The position numbers and the translations under genes are program-made. Below are positions 36,594 through 45,266 of a DNA stretch of 64,000 bases, one piece after another. Source of the DNA: Minisyncoccia bacterium (lineage in GTDB: Bacteria; Patescibacteriota; Minisyncoccia; SW-4-49-11). Where the stretch lies: assembly GCA_044356325.1 (NCBI GenBank), contig JBIKWJ010000002.1, positions 94,327 through 158,326 on the forward strand, given 5' to 3'. Each line of letters starts with the position of its first letter. Within the stretch, counting starts at the first letter, position 1. The notes beneath the pieces are model-generated. The model saw only the letters and a program-made list of their open reading frames with translations. It made no database searches and was not told where the DNA came from.

Positions 36594-37352
36594 TTATTTT
36601 AGCCCCTCTGCTTTGTCAACTTGTTTTATAAGGAAAAATTCTTGTACTATTGTGAATACGGTTGTAGTAATCCAATATAGACTCATAGATGCTGGGAGTG
36701 AATAAGCAAATACTGTTACGAGAATTGGCATCAAGAATAGCATTTGTTTATTGAGTATTGTTGCAAAATCTGGCTCTTCTGGCTTATCTGATTTTTTCTT
36801 TTTCTTATCTTCAACTTTTTTCGGTTGAGTTCTCTTCATAATAAGTTTAATTTGATAATATTGAGATATACCAACGAGAAGAGCCAATATAATATTCTTT
36901 GTGTCAGCTATATTCAAAACACCAAATATTAAGGTATTAAACCCATTTTCTGGTAAAGTAACAAAAGAATAAAGGGCTGGATAGGTTTCAGGCTTGAATA
37001 AATTAAGAGATACCTGATAAATAGCAATAAGTATAGGTAATTGTACTAATAATAATACTATTCCGGCAAATGGATTAACATTATGCTCTTTATAAGCTTT
37101 CATTAATTCCTCTGAGAGCTTTTGCTTATCATCTTTATATTTTACCTGTAATTCTTTGATTATAGGTTGTATAATAGTGATTTCCCGCTGACTTTTTATA
37201 CTAGCTCGATACAAAGGTATCATCAATATTCGGACAATGAGAGTAGTGAGTATAATCGCCAAACCAAGATTAGCTCCTGGTATAATATCATAAAAGAATA
37301 CCATTGAGTTGAATAATGGTCTATATAATAATTCATTGAATAACCATCCCAT
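36594..37352 (-). CDS. yidC: Membrane protein insertase YidC (short Oxa1-type)
   Basis: Five-TM core with a lysine-rich C-tail. Adjacent to rnpA-rpmH, the conserved context. Confidence 0.7.
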   Translation of the reverse strand: MGWLFNELLYRPLFNSMVFFYDIIPGANLGLAIILTTLIVRILMIPLYRASIKSQREITIIQPIIKELQVKYKDDKQKLSEELMKAYKEHNVNPFAGIVLLLVQLPILIAIYQVSLNLFKPETYPALYSFVTLPENGFNTLIFGVLNIADTKNIILALLVGISQYYQIKLIMKRTQPKKVEDKKKKKSDKPEEPDFATILNKQMLFLMPILVTVFAYSLPASMSLYWITTTVFTIVQEFFLIKQVDKAEGLK

Positions 37353-37360
37353 ACTGATTT

Positions 37361-37681
37361 TTAAGTTAAGGTATTAATATATTGTGTTAATTGCTCCAAT
37401 ACTTGAGTTTTATTCTCTTGTTTTGGGCGAGTACGAACTAGTACAAGTATATCATAATGTGATGTTTTTGTAATAATTTGCTTGCGAAATAATTCTCGAA
37501 TTTGCCTTTTGAATGTATTACGATTCACGGCAAGAGGTATATGTTTTTTGGATATAATAATACCAAATCGAGTAATATTCGTATTACTTTTGCGAGTATA
37601 TATCTGGAATATGCCAAGATATTGAGGCTTAATTTCAGCAAATATAGAGGCTATATCTGATGATTCATGCAGCCGCTCCAT
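37361..37681 (-). CDS. rnpA: Ribonuclease P protein component
   Basis: Basic 106 aa protein with the RNR-like motif region FGIIISKKHIPLAVNRNTFKRQIRE. Lies between rpmH and yidC. Confidence 0.8.
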   Translation of the reverse strand: MERLHESSDIASIFAEIKPQYLGIFQIYTRKSNTNITRFGIIISKKHIPLAVNRNTFKRQIRELFRKQIITKTSHYDILVLVRTRPKQENKTQVLEQLTQYINTLT

Positions 37682-37704
37682 TGTGTGTTTTTATATAAAA
37701 TAAA

Positions 37705-37839
37705 TTAGACGGATAATTTTGCTCGTCCTCTTGCTCGGCGTCGATTAATAAGAGCTCGTCCTGACTTTGTAGCCATACGAGACAAAAAACCATGTCGGCG
37801 ATTTCTTTTACGATTCTTACTTGCTGCTCCTTTGATCAT
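37705..37839 (-). CDS. rpmH: 50S ribosomal protein L34
   Basis: Own translation of the minus strand: [44 protein letters not shown] (44 aa). Matches the L34 consensus. Not in the ORF track because it is under 60 aa. Confidence 0.85.
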   Translation of the reverse strand: MIKGAASKNRKRNRRHGFLSRMATKSGRALINRRRARGRAKLSV

Positions 37840-37913
37840 ATATATAACGATAGACTTGATGAGTATTATAGCCTATTATTAAGAGAAAGTCAAGGTTTGG
37901 TATTGTTCAAAAT

Positions 37914-38450
37914 TTAATTATCAAAATCTTTTGCTTTTAAATTAAAGATTTTTTGATTTATACTATAAATTCCTATATTAAAAATATTATTATCATCATG
38001 AAGAGTAATAACATCTACCCTATTAAAAATAAAGGTGGGGAAGTTACTATTATCAGTTGTAGCAATAAATAACTCATTTCTTTTTGAGTTATATTTAATC
38101 ATTTGTGCTGCAATTAAACAATCTCCAAATGAAATTTGTTTAGCATACTTAATATTTTTTCTAGAGTATATATTGGAAATTAAACGGGCTTTTTCAAATA
38201 CACTTTTATCTACTGGAAGCTCCATCCTATTAGATCCTAATAATAAATCAAGATATTCTTGCTTTGCTTGTAAATCTTCTTGAGTTGTACACCCTCTCAA
38301 AAATTCAAATTTAATCGTCTGATCTATAACTGATTTTACATTTAAGTCAAATATTCTTTCGAAGAATAGAGTGAATATCTCTTCGTTTTTTACATTATAT
38401 ATTAATAAGTTTGTATCTAAAAGAAGATGTTTACCCCTAATTTCTTCCAT
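37914..38450 (-). CDS. PIN-domain protein (VapC-like toxin)
   Basis: LLLDTNLLIY N-terminal PIN signature. Start MEEIRGK overlaps the stop of the upstream small ORF by 14 nt. Confidence 0.5.
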   Translation of the reverse strand: MEEIRGKHLLLDTNLLIYNVKNEEIFTLFFERIFDLNVKSVIDQTIKFEFLRGCTTQEDLQAKQEYLDLLLGSNRMELPVDKSVFEKARLISNIYSRKNIKYAKQISFGDCLIAAQMIKYNSKRNELFIATTDNSNFPTFIFNRVDVITLHDDNNIFNIGIYSINQKIFNLKAKDFDN

Positions 38451-38601
38451 AAGATATACCTTCTTTATTTTGTTCTCTCTCTTCTCTTTCAATAATTTCT
38501 TTCACTTTTTTTATACTTGCCTTAAGAGCATCATCAAAAAGGTAAGCTGGTCTATTGACTAAAGTTGATTGATTATTTATTGGTTTAACTTTTTTATCCA
38601 T
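38437..38601 (-). CDS. Putative antitoxin partner of the PIN protein (54 aa)
   Basis: Own translation: MDKKVKPINNQSTLVNRPAYLFDDALKASIKKVKEIIEREEREQNKEGISYGRN. Its stop overlaps the PIN start, the classic type II TA arrangement. Confidence 0.4.
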   Translation of the reverse strand: MDKKVKPINNQSTLVNRPAYLFDDALKASIKKVKEIIEREEREQNKEGISYGRN

Positions 38602-38753
38602 ATTTTTAGATTATATATCTTTATAATATCATATGATAGAGGTTGTTTCTAGATTTAAATACCATAATATTTAAATACAATTTAGCTTTATTATTAATAA
38701 TGAATTTCCTAAAGTGAATTCAAGGTGAATTATAGCTCATATACAATCTTTAT

Positions 38754-38810
38754 TGTGGATATCTTTGCAAAAATCCTGCAATAGCGTATAATAAAATCAA
38801 CTTATCCACA
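38754..38810. promoter_or_regulatory. DnaA boxes upstream of dnaA (tgtggatat at 38754-38762, near-consensus reverse; ttatccaca at 38802-38810, perfect)
   Basis: Read directly. TTGCAA N16 TATAAT promoter lies between them. Confidence 0.55.
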
Positions 38811-38842
38811 GATTATCAACATCATCAATTTAGACGATTGCA

Positions 38843-40285
38843 ATGGACGAGAAACAAAGAGTTTGGAACTCCGTATTAGGTGAGATAGAGCTCAATATTA
38901 GTAAACCTCAGTTTAATACCTGGATCAAAAATACTTATCCTATAAGTATGGATGAGAAAGAAATTGTAATTTGCGTGCCAAGCGCTTTTACACGGGATTG
39001 GCTTGAGAATAAATTTAATGTTACTATTCTAAACTCTATTCAAAAGATTACTGGCTCTATAAAGCGGGTAAAATATGTCGTTCAGAATACGCAAAAACAA
39101 TCCCCAAAAGCTATTCAATCTGTTATTAATCTCAAAAATAAAGAATTAAAGGAGAAAAAGTCTAAAATTGAGGAGAAAGAGAAAACCCCATCTACGAATC
39201 CCCATTATCAATATGCTGAGCCTACTATTATCCCAGACAGACCAAGTGGAACGGCTCTCTTAAAAGATAATTATACCTTTGAGAATTTTATTGTGGGCTC
39301 CTCCAATGAACTTGCTCATGCTGCGGCTCAATCAGTTGCTAATGAACCTGGAACTCGATATAATCCTTTATTCATTTATGGTGGTGTGGGCCTTGGTAAA
39401 ACGCATCTTATTCAAGCTATTGCTAATAGTCTCAATAAAAAGAATAAGAATATTCTGTATGTTACCTCGGATGTATTCATCTCAGATTTGATGAATTCTC
39501 TCAAAAATGGGCGTATGGAAGATTTTAAAGCTCGGCATAGAGCTGTTGATCTCTTGATTATTGATGACATTCAATTTATCGGGGGTAAAGAAGCTACTCA
39601 ATATGAGGTTTTCAATACCTTTAATGATTTATATGCTCATAATAAGCAAATTGTGTTTACGAGTGATAGACCACCGAGTGCAATAAAGACCTTAAATGAT
39701 AGATTAAAATCTCGATTCGAAGGGGGTATGATTGTGGATGTTGCTATTCCAGAATTTGAAACTCGTGTGGCTATTCTCAAAAGTAAATGTATTCAAAAGA
39801 ATTTTCATCTTGATGATGCTATTATTTATGTTATTGCGGAGCGTATTCGAAGCAATGTGAGAGAATTAGAGGGAGCTCTCAATAAAATTATTGGGCGAGT
39901 ACAGCTGCTCGGTACTAAAGTTACTCCTGAATTAGTAGATAAACTGATTGAGGGAGGACAAATTCATTCTCAGCGTATTGTCAATAGTGATATGATTCTG
40001 GATATAGTAGCTAATCATTTTCATATTAACAAAGCTGATATATTATCTAAAAGCCGTAAAAAAGATATTGCGATACCGCGTCAAATTGCAATGTATCTCA
40101 TTCGAGAAGAATTAAAACTCACTTTCCCAAATATTGGAGAATTATTAGGGGGAAAAGATCATAGTACAGTTATGCATGCTTGGAATAAGGTAAAAAAGGA
40201 TATTGTAACTAATTATAGCCTTGAGCAAGATATTACTCTTATTAAGAATAAACTGTATAATGAAGAAAACCCTGTAAATTCTTAG
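38843..40285 (+). CDS. dnaA: Chromosomal replication initiator DnaA
   Basis: AAA+ Walker A GGVGLGKTHL, Walker B LLIIDDIQF, sensor motifs, and the C-terminal DNA-binding domain. Confidence 0.9.
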   Translation: MDEKQRVWNSVLGEIELNISKPQFNTWIKNTYPISMDEKEIVICVPSAFTRDWLENKFNVTILNSIQKITGSIKRVKYVVQNTQKQSPKAIQSVINLKNKELKEKKSKIEEKEKTPSTNPHYQYAEPTIIPDRPSGTALLKDNYTFENFIVGSSNELAHAAAQSVANEPGTRYNPLFIYGGVGLGKTHLIQAIANSLNKKNKNILYVTSDVFISDLMNSLKNGRMEDFKARHRAVDLLIIDDIQFIGGKEATQYEVFNTFNDLYAHNKQIVFTSDRPPSAIKTLNDRLKSRFEGGMIVDVAIPEFETRVAILKSKCIQKNFHLDDAIIYVIAERIRSNVRELEGALNKIIGRVQLLGTKVTPELVDKLIEGGQIHSQRIVNSDMILDIVANHFHINKADILSKSRKKDIAIPRQIAMYLIREELKLTFPNIGELLGGKDHSTVMHAWNKVKKDIVTNYSLEQDITLIKNKLYNEENPVNS

Positions 40286-40346
40286 AAATTAGTAGTGTTA
40301 TACTTGGATAAAACTACTAATTGACTTAATATAGTAAACAAAAAAA

Positions 40347-40371
40347 CACTCCAACCACGATGGAAGGAGTG
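40347..40371 (-). terminator. Cassette terminator (cactccaaccacgatggaaggagtg followed by a T-run on the minus strand)
   Basis: Duplicate at 41109-41133. Confidence 0.6.
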
Positions 40372-40412
40372 CGGGGGAGAGTTTAAAATATGGATTTAAA
40401 TGAATGAATTGT

Positions 40413-40628
40413 TTATACCTCAACAATTTTTGCATTTATTACTCTCATTATAGACTCGCCTCGTTGTTTTACCAAAACAGATGACCCTGTGCTTAAATCT
40501 ATCCTGGTCCTGTTGTTCGAATCGGCGACATATGATGCTGAAACAGCCACTATCAGATCTGGTCGAATGTAGACAGGCCCGTCATGGCTGGTCAGTGAAA
40601 GAAATTCAGTTTCGGTTGATTCGTCCAT
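40413..40628 (-). CDS. Cassette ORF, hypothetical protein (71 aa), GC-enriched
   Basis: Track start is the TTG of the -35 hexamer; trimmed to the ATG (MDESTETEF). Bounded by conserved promoter and terminator. Confidence 0.4.
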   Translation of the reverse strand: MDESTETEFLSLTSHDGPVYIRPDLIVAVSASYVADSNNRTRIDLSTGSSVLVKQRGESIMRVINAKIVEV

Positions 40629-40653
40629 GGAAAAATCGGCGATGTTTACAAAA

Positions 40654-40688
40654 CTATATATACCACATTTTCCTAATTTTGTCAATAG
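40654..40688 (-). promoter_or_regulatory. Conserved cassette promoter (TTGACAAAATTAGGAAAATGTGGTATATA)
   Basis: Start of an about 420-bp block (promoter, AT leader, hairpin array) repeated at 41296. Confidence 0.6.
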
Positions 40689-40799
40689 TTGTTGTTATTT
40701 ATTTTTAACATTTACTATTGTCTATAGCATTATTAATTAATTTATTATTATATTTTGTTATGATTTTATATTTTTTATAGTTATGACATTATGTTTTTG

Positions 40800-41075
40800 T
40801 CCCCCTTTGCCTGCCTGCGGTAGGCAGGGAGGGGGAAGCATGAAAGGCGGGGGTGGATAAAAGTAAGTCCATATTCTAAATTTAATATTATTAGAAAATA
40901 TAAATAACTTTTATCTCTATCCACCTCCGGCACTTCGTGCCACCTCCTCCTAAGGAGGACAGAAGCTCAAATTACATACACACCCGCCGACTCTAAGAAT
41001 TTACCAATAATACTATAGTAAAATCCACCCACCCCGTCAGGCAACCCTGCCGATAGTACTTTCATATATAGAGAT
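40800..41075. repeat. Hairpin array, copy 1 of tandem block
   Basis: gtccccctttgcctgcctgcggtaggcagggagggggaagc, ggcgggggtggataaa..70 bp AT..ctctatccacctccggcacttcgtgccacctcctcctaaggaggac, ccaccccgtcaggcaaccctgcc. A near-identical array lies at 41440-41640. Confidence 0.8.
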
Positions 41076-41108
41076 ATTATATAGTTAATTGATATAGTAA
41101 ACTAAAAG

Positions 41109-41133
41109 CACTCCAACCAAGATGGAAGGAGTG
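41109..41133 (-). terminator. Cassette terminator, copy 2
   Basis: cactccaaccaagatggaaggagtg. Duplicate of 40347-40371. Confidence 0.6.
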
Positions 41134-41153
41134 CGGGGGAGTGTTTGTGAAAC

Positions 41154-41273
41154 TCAATTCACGACTTTGTCTGCCTTGTCTTGCCTGAAAAACAAGATAT
41201 GAATCAGAGCAAGGGGGGTTGCAATGATCATAGCAACTGTGACCATAACTCTGGTCGAAGAAGGAAGTTTCAT
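41154..41273 (-). CDS. Hok-like mini-ORF (39 aa: MKLPSSTRVMVTVAMIIATPLALIHILFFRQDKADKVVN), candidate type I toxin-like membrane peptide
   Basis: Own translation. The ATG lies 17 nt after the conserved -10 and the stop precedes the terminator. The alternative track frame reads through the terminator and was rejected. Resembles the Hok N-terminus MKLP..S followed by a TM segment. Confidence 0.3.
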   Translation of the reverse strand: MKLPSSTRVMVTVAMIIATPLALIHILFFRQDKADKVVN

Positions 41274-41295
41274 GACAGTAAAATGAACATACATT

Positions 41296-41328
41296 ATATA
41301 TACCACATTTATCCGTTTTTGTCAATAG
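41296..41328 (-). promoter_or_regulatory. Conserved cassette promoter, copy 2 of tandem block
   Basis: TTGACAAAAACGGATAAATGTGGTATATA. Confidence 0.6.
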
Positions 41329-41439
41329 TTATTGTTATTTATTTTTAACATTTACTATTGTCTATAGCATTATTAATTAATTTATTATTATATTTTGTTA
41401 TGATTTTGTATTTTTTATATAGGTGTGACATTATGTTTT

Positions 41440-41810
41440 TTTGTCCCCCTTTGCCTGCCTGCGGTAGGCAGGGAGGGGGAAGCATGAAAGGCGGGGGTGG
41501 ATAAAAGTAAGTCCATATTCTAAAATTTAATATTATTAGAAAATATAAATAACTTTTATCTCTATCCACCTCCGGCACTTCGTGCCACCTCCTCCTAAGG
41601 AGGACAGAAGCTCAAATGACATACACACCCGCCGACTCTAAGAATTTACCAATCATACCATAGTAAAAGCGGGCGACTGAAAGGTCGCCCCTACGAGTAC
41701 AGAAATCTCCACCCCGTCAGGCAAGCCTACCACCCCCTCCCAATATCTCTTCTCAAGAGCTAATGGGAGGGACTTAAAGCCCTCAATTTATCGACCGTAG
41801 GTGGAGAGGG
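41440..41810. repeat. Hairpin array, copy 2, plus additional modules
   Basis: Same modules as 40800-41075. It continues with gcgggcgactgaaaggtcgcccctacg, ccaccccgtcaggcaagcctacc and ccctcaatttatcgaccgtaggtggagagggg. Confidence 0.8.
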
Positions 41811-41819
41811 GAATTAAAT

Positions 41820-42150
41820 ACACAATTCCCTACCTATTGTGTATAACCTGTGTATAACTTATACAAAATCCCTAAATTTCTGTGAATAATATTGTGTATA
41901 AATAGGACTTAATCCACAGAGTATTTTTAACCCTTACTTTATCCCCAAAGTTTCACAAGACTTATCCCAAATGATATCCCCACTTGACATACACTATTTA
42001 TGCGGGTAAAAACCAGTTTTCAGCTTTTCCACACAGACTACTATCTACTATTATACTTTATATAAATAAAGGACAAAAAGACAAATAACCTAGAAAAAAG
42101 AAATTATTCAAGGTATAATACATATATAGAAATAGAATAAGATAGAGAAG
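41820..42150. promoter_or_regulatory. oriC-like region between the cassettes and dnaN: clustered DnaA-box-like 9-mers plus a very AT-rich stretch
   Basis: Three copies of tgtgtataa (one mismatch from TGTGGATAA), ttaatccaca, and ttatcccca-type boxes. About 150 bp of AT-rich sequence lies before dnaN. Confidence 0.45.
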
Positions 42151-42152
42151 AT

Positions 42153-43262
42153 ATGAAATTTACCTGTTTGCAAGAAAATCTTTTAAAGGGATTAAGTATA
42201 GCTCGCCAGAGTTCTTCTCGGGCTACAACATTACCTGTTTTACAAACCTTTTTATTACAAGGAGATAAGGGATCTCTTACTATTAGCTCCACCAATTTAG
42301 AAATTGGAATACGAGTACATATTAGAGGTAAAGAAGAAGCTGAAGGTGCTATTTGTATTCCTCAAGATACATTGCTTGCCTATATTCGAAATTTGCCTCA
42401 AGATAAATTAGATTTAACAGTAGTAGATGATAAACTCACTATAGAACAAGGAAAGGATATTACAGCTGAATTCAAAGGTATTATTGCAGATGAATTTCCA
42501 CAACTTCCTCAAATAGAAGCAGATAAGCAATTGGTAGTAGGAAGTACGGAACTCAAACAAGCTCTCAAAACAGTATATGGGGCTTTGCCTAAAAATGATT
42601 TCCGCCCAGAAATATCGGGAGTATATATTGCAAAAAAAGATCAGCAATTAATTTTTGTGGGAACTGATGGATTTCGCCTTAGTGAAAAAAGAATTACTCT
42701 TTCAAGTCCCGCTGAAGAGAATTTCTCTCTGATTATTCCAAGTAAAACAGTAGCAGAAATTATTCGAGTATTAGATTCTCTAGAAGAAATAGAAGTTACC
42801 CTTCAATTTGGAGCTTCTCAAATACATATTATTGCCGATACCGTTGAGATTATATCAAAATTAATTGAGGGAAATTTTCCTCAATATGAGGGACTTATTC
42901 CTCAAACATTTCAAACTGTTGTGGATGTGGACAGTCAAGAATTAGTACAGGCTATAAAATTAGCTTCGGTATTTTCTCAGAATACGGTTCATGATGTCAA
43001 ATTAACCATACAAGATGATAGTACTTTGAGTATTAGTTCTTCTGATTCTCAAGTTGGAGCTAATACCACCAAATTACCGGTGCATAGTACGGGAGAGACG
43101 GGACTTGCCGTTGCCTTTAATTATAATTATCTTTTAGATGGGATACAATTATTCGGTGATAAGCCCATACAATTCAATGTTAATGATACTGATTCTCCTG
43201 TTATTATCAAAAGTCCAGATATTCCTGATTTCTTTTATCTTATAATGCCAATTCGAGACTAA
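42153..43262 (+). CDS. dnaN: DNA polymerase III beta sliding clamp
   Basis: 369 aa with a three-domain beta-clamp. Conserved position next to dnaA. Confidence 0.85.
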   Translation: MKFTCLQENLLKGLSIARQSSSRATTLPVLQTFLLQGDKGSLTISSTNLEIGIRVHIRGKEEAEGAICIPQDTLLAYIRNLPQDKLDLTVVDDKLTIEQGKDITAEFKGIIADEFPQLPQIEADKQLVVGSTELKQALKTVYGALPKNDFRPEISGVYIAKKDQQLIFVGTDGFRLSEKRITLSSPAEENFSLIIPSKTVAEIIRVLDSLEEIEVTLQFGASQIHIIADTVEIISKLIEGNFPQYEGLIPQTFQTVVDVDSQELVQAIKLASVFSQNTVHDVKLTIQDDSTLSISSSDSQVGANTTKLPVHSTGETGLAVAFNYNYLLDGIQLFGDKPIQFNVNDTDSPVIIKSPDIPDFFYLIMPIRD

Positions 43263-43266
43263 ATAT

Positions 43267-44787
43267 ATGCTATCCCGAGTACAATCAGCTGCAACTCTAG
43301 GATTAAATGGGCAAAGAATAGAGATTGAAGTTGATATGACTCAGGGTTTACCTGGTATTACTATTGTGGGATTACCCGATACTGCTGTCAATGAGTCAAA
43401 AGAGCGTATTCGCCTAGGGCTTAAAAATAGTGGAATTATTCTTCCCCAAAAACGATTTGTCCTAAATTTAGCTCCAGCCGAGGTTAAAAAAATTGGAACA
43501 GCTTATGATTTACCTATGGCGGTTGCTATTCTTAAAGCTTTAGAATTAATTCAATTTCCAGAACAGGATTATATTATTCTTGGGGAAATGGGATTAGATG
43601 GTTCAATACGGGGGATACAGGGTATATTACCTATTGCGATATATGCCAAACAACAACATATACCATTTATTATTGTTCCTGCTGATAATGCGAAAGAAGC
43701 CTCCCTTGTAGAAGGTATTACTATTTTAGCAATTAATCATATACAAGAATTAATTGATCATTTTGATATTAAAGTAAATACCCAAATTCAAGCTACTCCT
43801 ACCTATAATTTTGTTCCTAAGCCACATATTTCAGATATAGATATGTCTTATATACGGGGACAAAAGCTTGCCAAGAGAGCCTTAGAAATTGCGGCCGCGG
43901 GAGCTCATAATATATTAATGACAGGTCCTCCAGGAGCTGGAAAAACATTATTATCTCGTACTATACCAACTATATTACCGATAATGGATCGTGAGGAAGT
44001 ATTAGAAGTTTCACAATTATATAGTATTGCAGGAAATCTTAATTCAGATAATCCACTCATAATTAGTAGGCCATTTCGAGCACCACATCATACCGCATCG
44101 TCCATTTCTTTAATCGGAGGCGGGAGTTTTCCTAAACCAGGCGAAATTAGTCTTGCTCATCGTGGAGTGCTCTATATGGATGAATTTCCGGAGTTTCCCC
44201 GATTAGTATTAGAAAGTTTACGACAACCATTAGAAGATAGAATTGTAACAATATCCAGGGCACAAGGATCTCTCACTTTTCCTGCCGACTTTATGCTGAT
44301 TGCCAGCCAAAACCCTTGCCCTTGTGGCTATCTTACCGATAATGATAGAGAATGTATTTGTTCTCAAGCTCAAATTGTACGGTATCAGCAAAAAATATCT
44401 GGTCCATTACTCGACAGAATAGATATGATTATTCAGGTAGAAAAAGTCAAAACAGAAGAGTTAATTAAGCCAACCGAAGTATTAGAAGAATCATCCGAAT
44501 CAATTCGTAATAGAGTAGAAAAAGCTCGCGCAATACAAAGACAACGATTTCAAGATATGGGAATTAAAACCAATAGTGAGATGAATATAAAACAAATTCA
44601 AGAAATTTGTATATTAGATAAAGCTTCACAACATCTTCTTACACAAGCGGTTAGTAAAATGAATTTATCCGCTCGAGCCTATAATAGAATTCTCAAATTA
44701 TCCCGTACTATTGCCGATATCGCTAACTCCGATAATATTCAAATCACTCATATTGCAGAAGCGCTACAATATCGTGAAAAAGTATAA
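43267..44787 (+). CDS. comM: Mg-chelatase-like AAA+ protein YifB/ComM
   Basis: N-terminal Lon-like domain, then AAA+ Walker A GPPGAGKT, plus the Cys-rich C4 motif CPCGY..C.C, typical of ComM. Confidence 0.9.
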   Translation: MLSRVQSAATLGLNGQRIEIEVDMTQGLPGITIVGLPDTAVNESKERIRLGLKNSGIILPQKRFVLNLAPAEVKKIGTAYDLPMAVAILKALELIQFPEQDYIILGEMGLDGSIRGIQGILPIAIYAKQQHIPFIIVPADNAKEASLVEGITILAINHIQELIDHFDIKVNTQIQATPTYNFVPKPHISDIDMSYIRGQKLAKRALEIAAAGAHNILMTGPPGAGKTLLSRTIPTILPIMDREEVLEVSQLYSIAGNLNSDNPLIISRPFRAPHHTASSISLIGGGSFPKPGEISLAHRGVLYMDEFPEFPRLVLESLRQPLEDRIVTISRAQGSLTFPADFMLIASQNPCPCGYLTDNDRECICSQAQIVRYQQKISGPLLDRIDMIIQVEKVKTEELIKPTEVLEESSESIRNRVEKARAIQRQRFQDMGIKTNSEMNIKQIQEICILDKASQHLLTQAVSKMNLSARAYNRILKLSRTIADIANSDNIQITHIAEALQYREKV

Positions 44788-44988
44788 TTAAAGACTAAAA
44801 TTTTCAGCGTATTTACCAATAAGAGGAAGTTCTTTTTCTTCTCCAGATAAGGCATTAATAATTCCAATAATAAATAAAATAAGAGAAAGTATACTACCAA
44901 AAAATGCAATTAACCAACCTAATAGAGGAATAATACCAATAATACTAATAGCAACAGTAAAAACTAATAAAGTAAGAGATTGTTTCAT
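44788..44988 (-). CDS. Small membrane protein, possibly the 3' part of a frameshifted gene
   Basis: Two TM helices. A 37-aa ORF (MSEEKKTSEKIIVVPTNRQKNIAAISYIF..) lies just upstream in another frame, and a single frameshift near 45050 would fuse them. Confidence 0.35.
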   Translation of the reverse strand: MKQSLTLLVFTVAISIIGIIPLLGWLIAFFGSILSLILFIIGIINALSGEEKELPLIGKYAENFSL

Positions 44989-45266
44989 ATGAAACTTTAC
45001 AAAAGGAGAGTCTTTTTCTACGGTAAAATATCCAATAATAAAGAGAATATATAGCTAATAGCAGCAATATTCTTTTGTCTATTTGTTGGGACTACTATTA
45101 TTTTTTCAGAGGTCTTTTTTTCTTCACTCATAATAATAGTATTAATATATTTTTAGTATACTCCTAATATATTATTATGTATATAGAGTGTATGAGATGA
45201 TGAGATTGTAGACAAAAGATATCACTATGTATTATTAGGCTACCAAATGTAGCTTGGTACAAAAAT

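Noticed and set aside
40413-41325. Track ORFs 40413-40685 and 41077-41325 beginning MTK..CGIY
   Set aside because: Their start codon is the TTG of the TTGACA -35 hexamer, and the N-terminal residues are promoter sequence. The 41077-41325 frame reads through the terminator hairpin. Replaced by 40413-40628 and by the out-of-frame 39-aa ORF 41154-41273.
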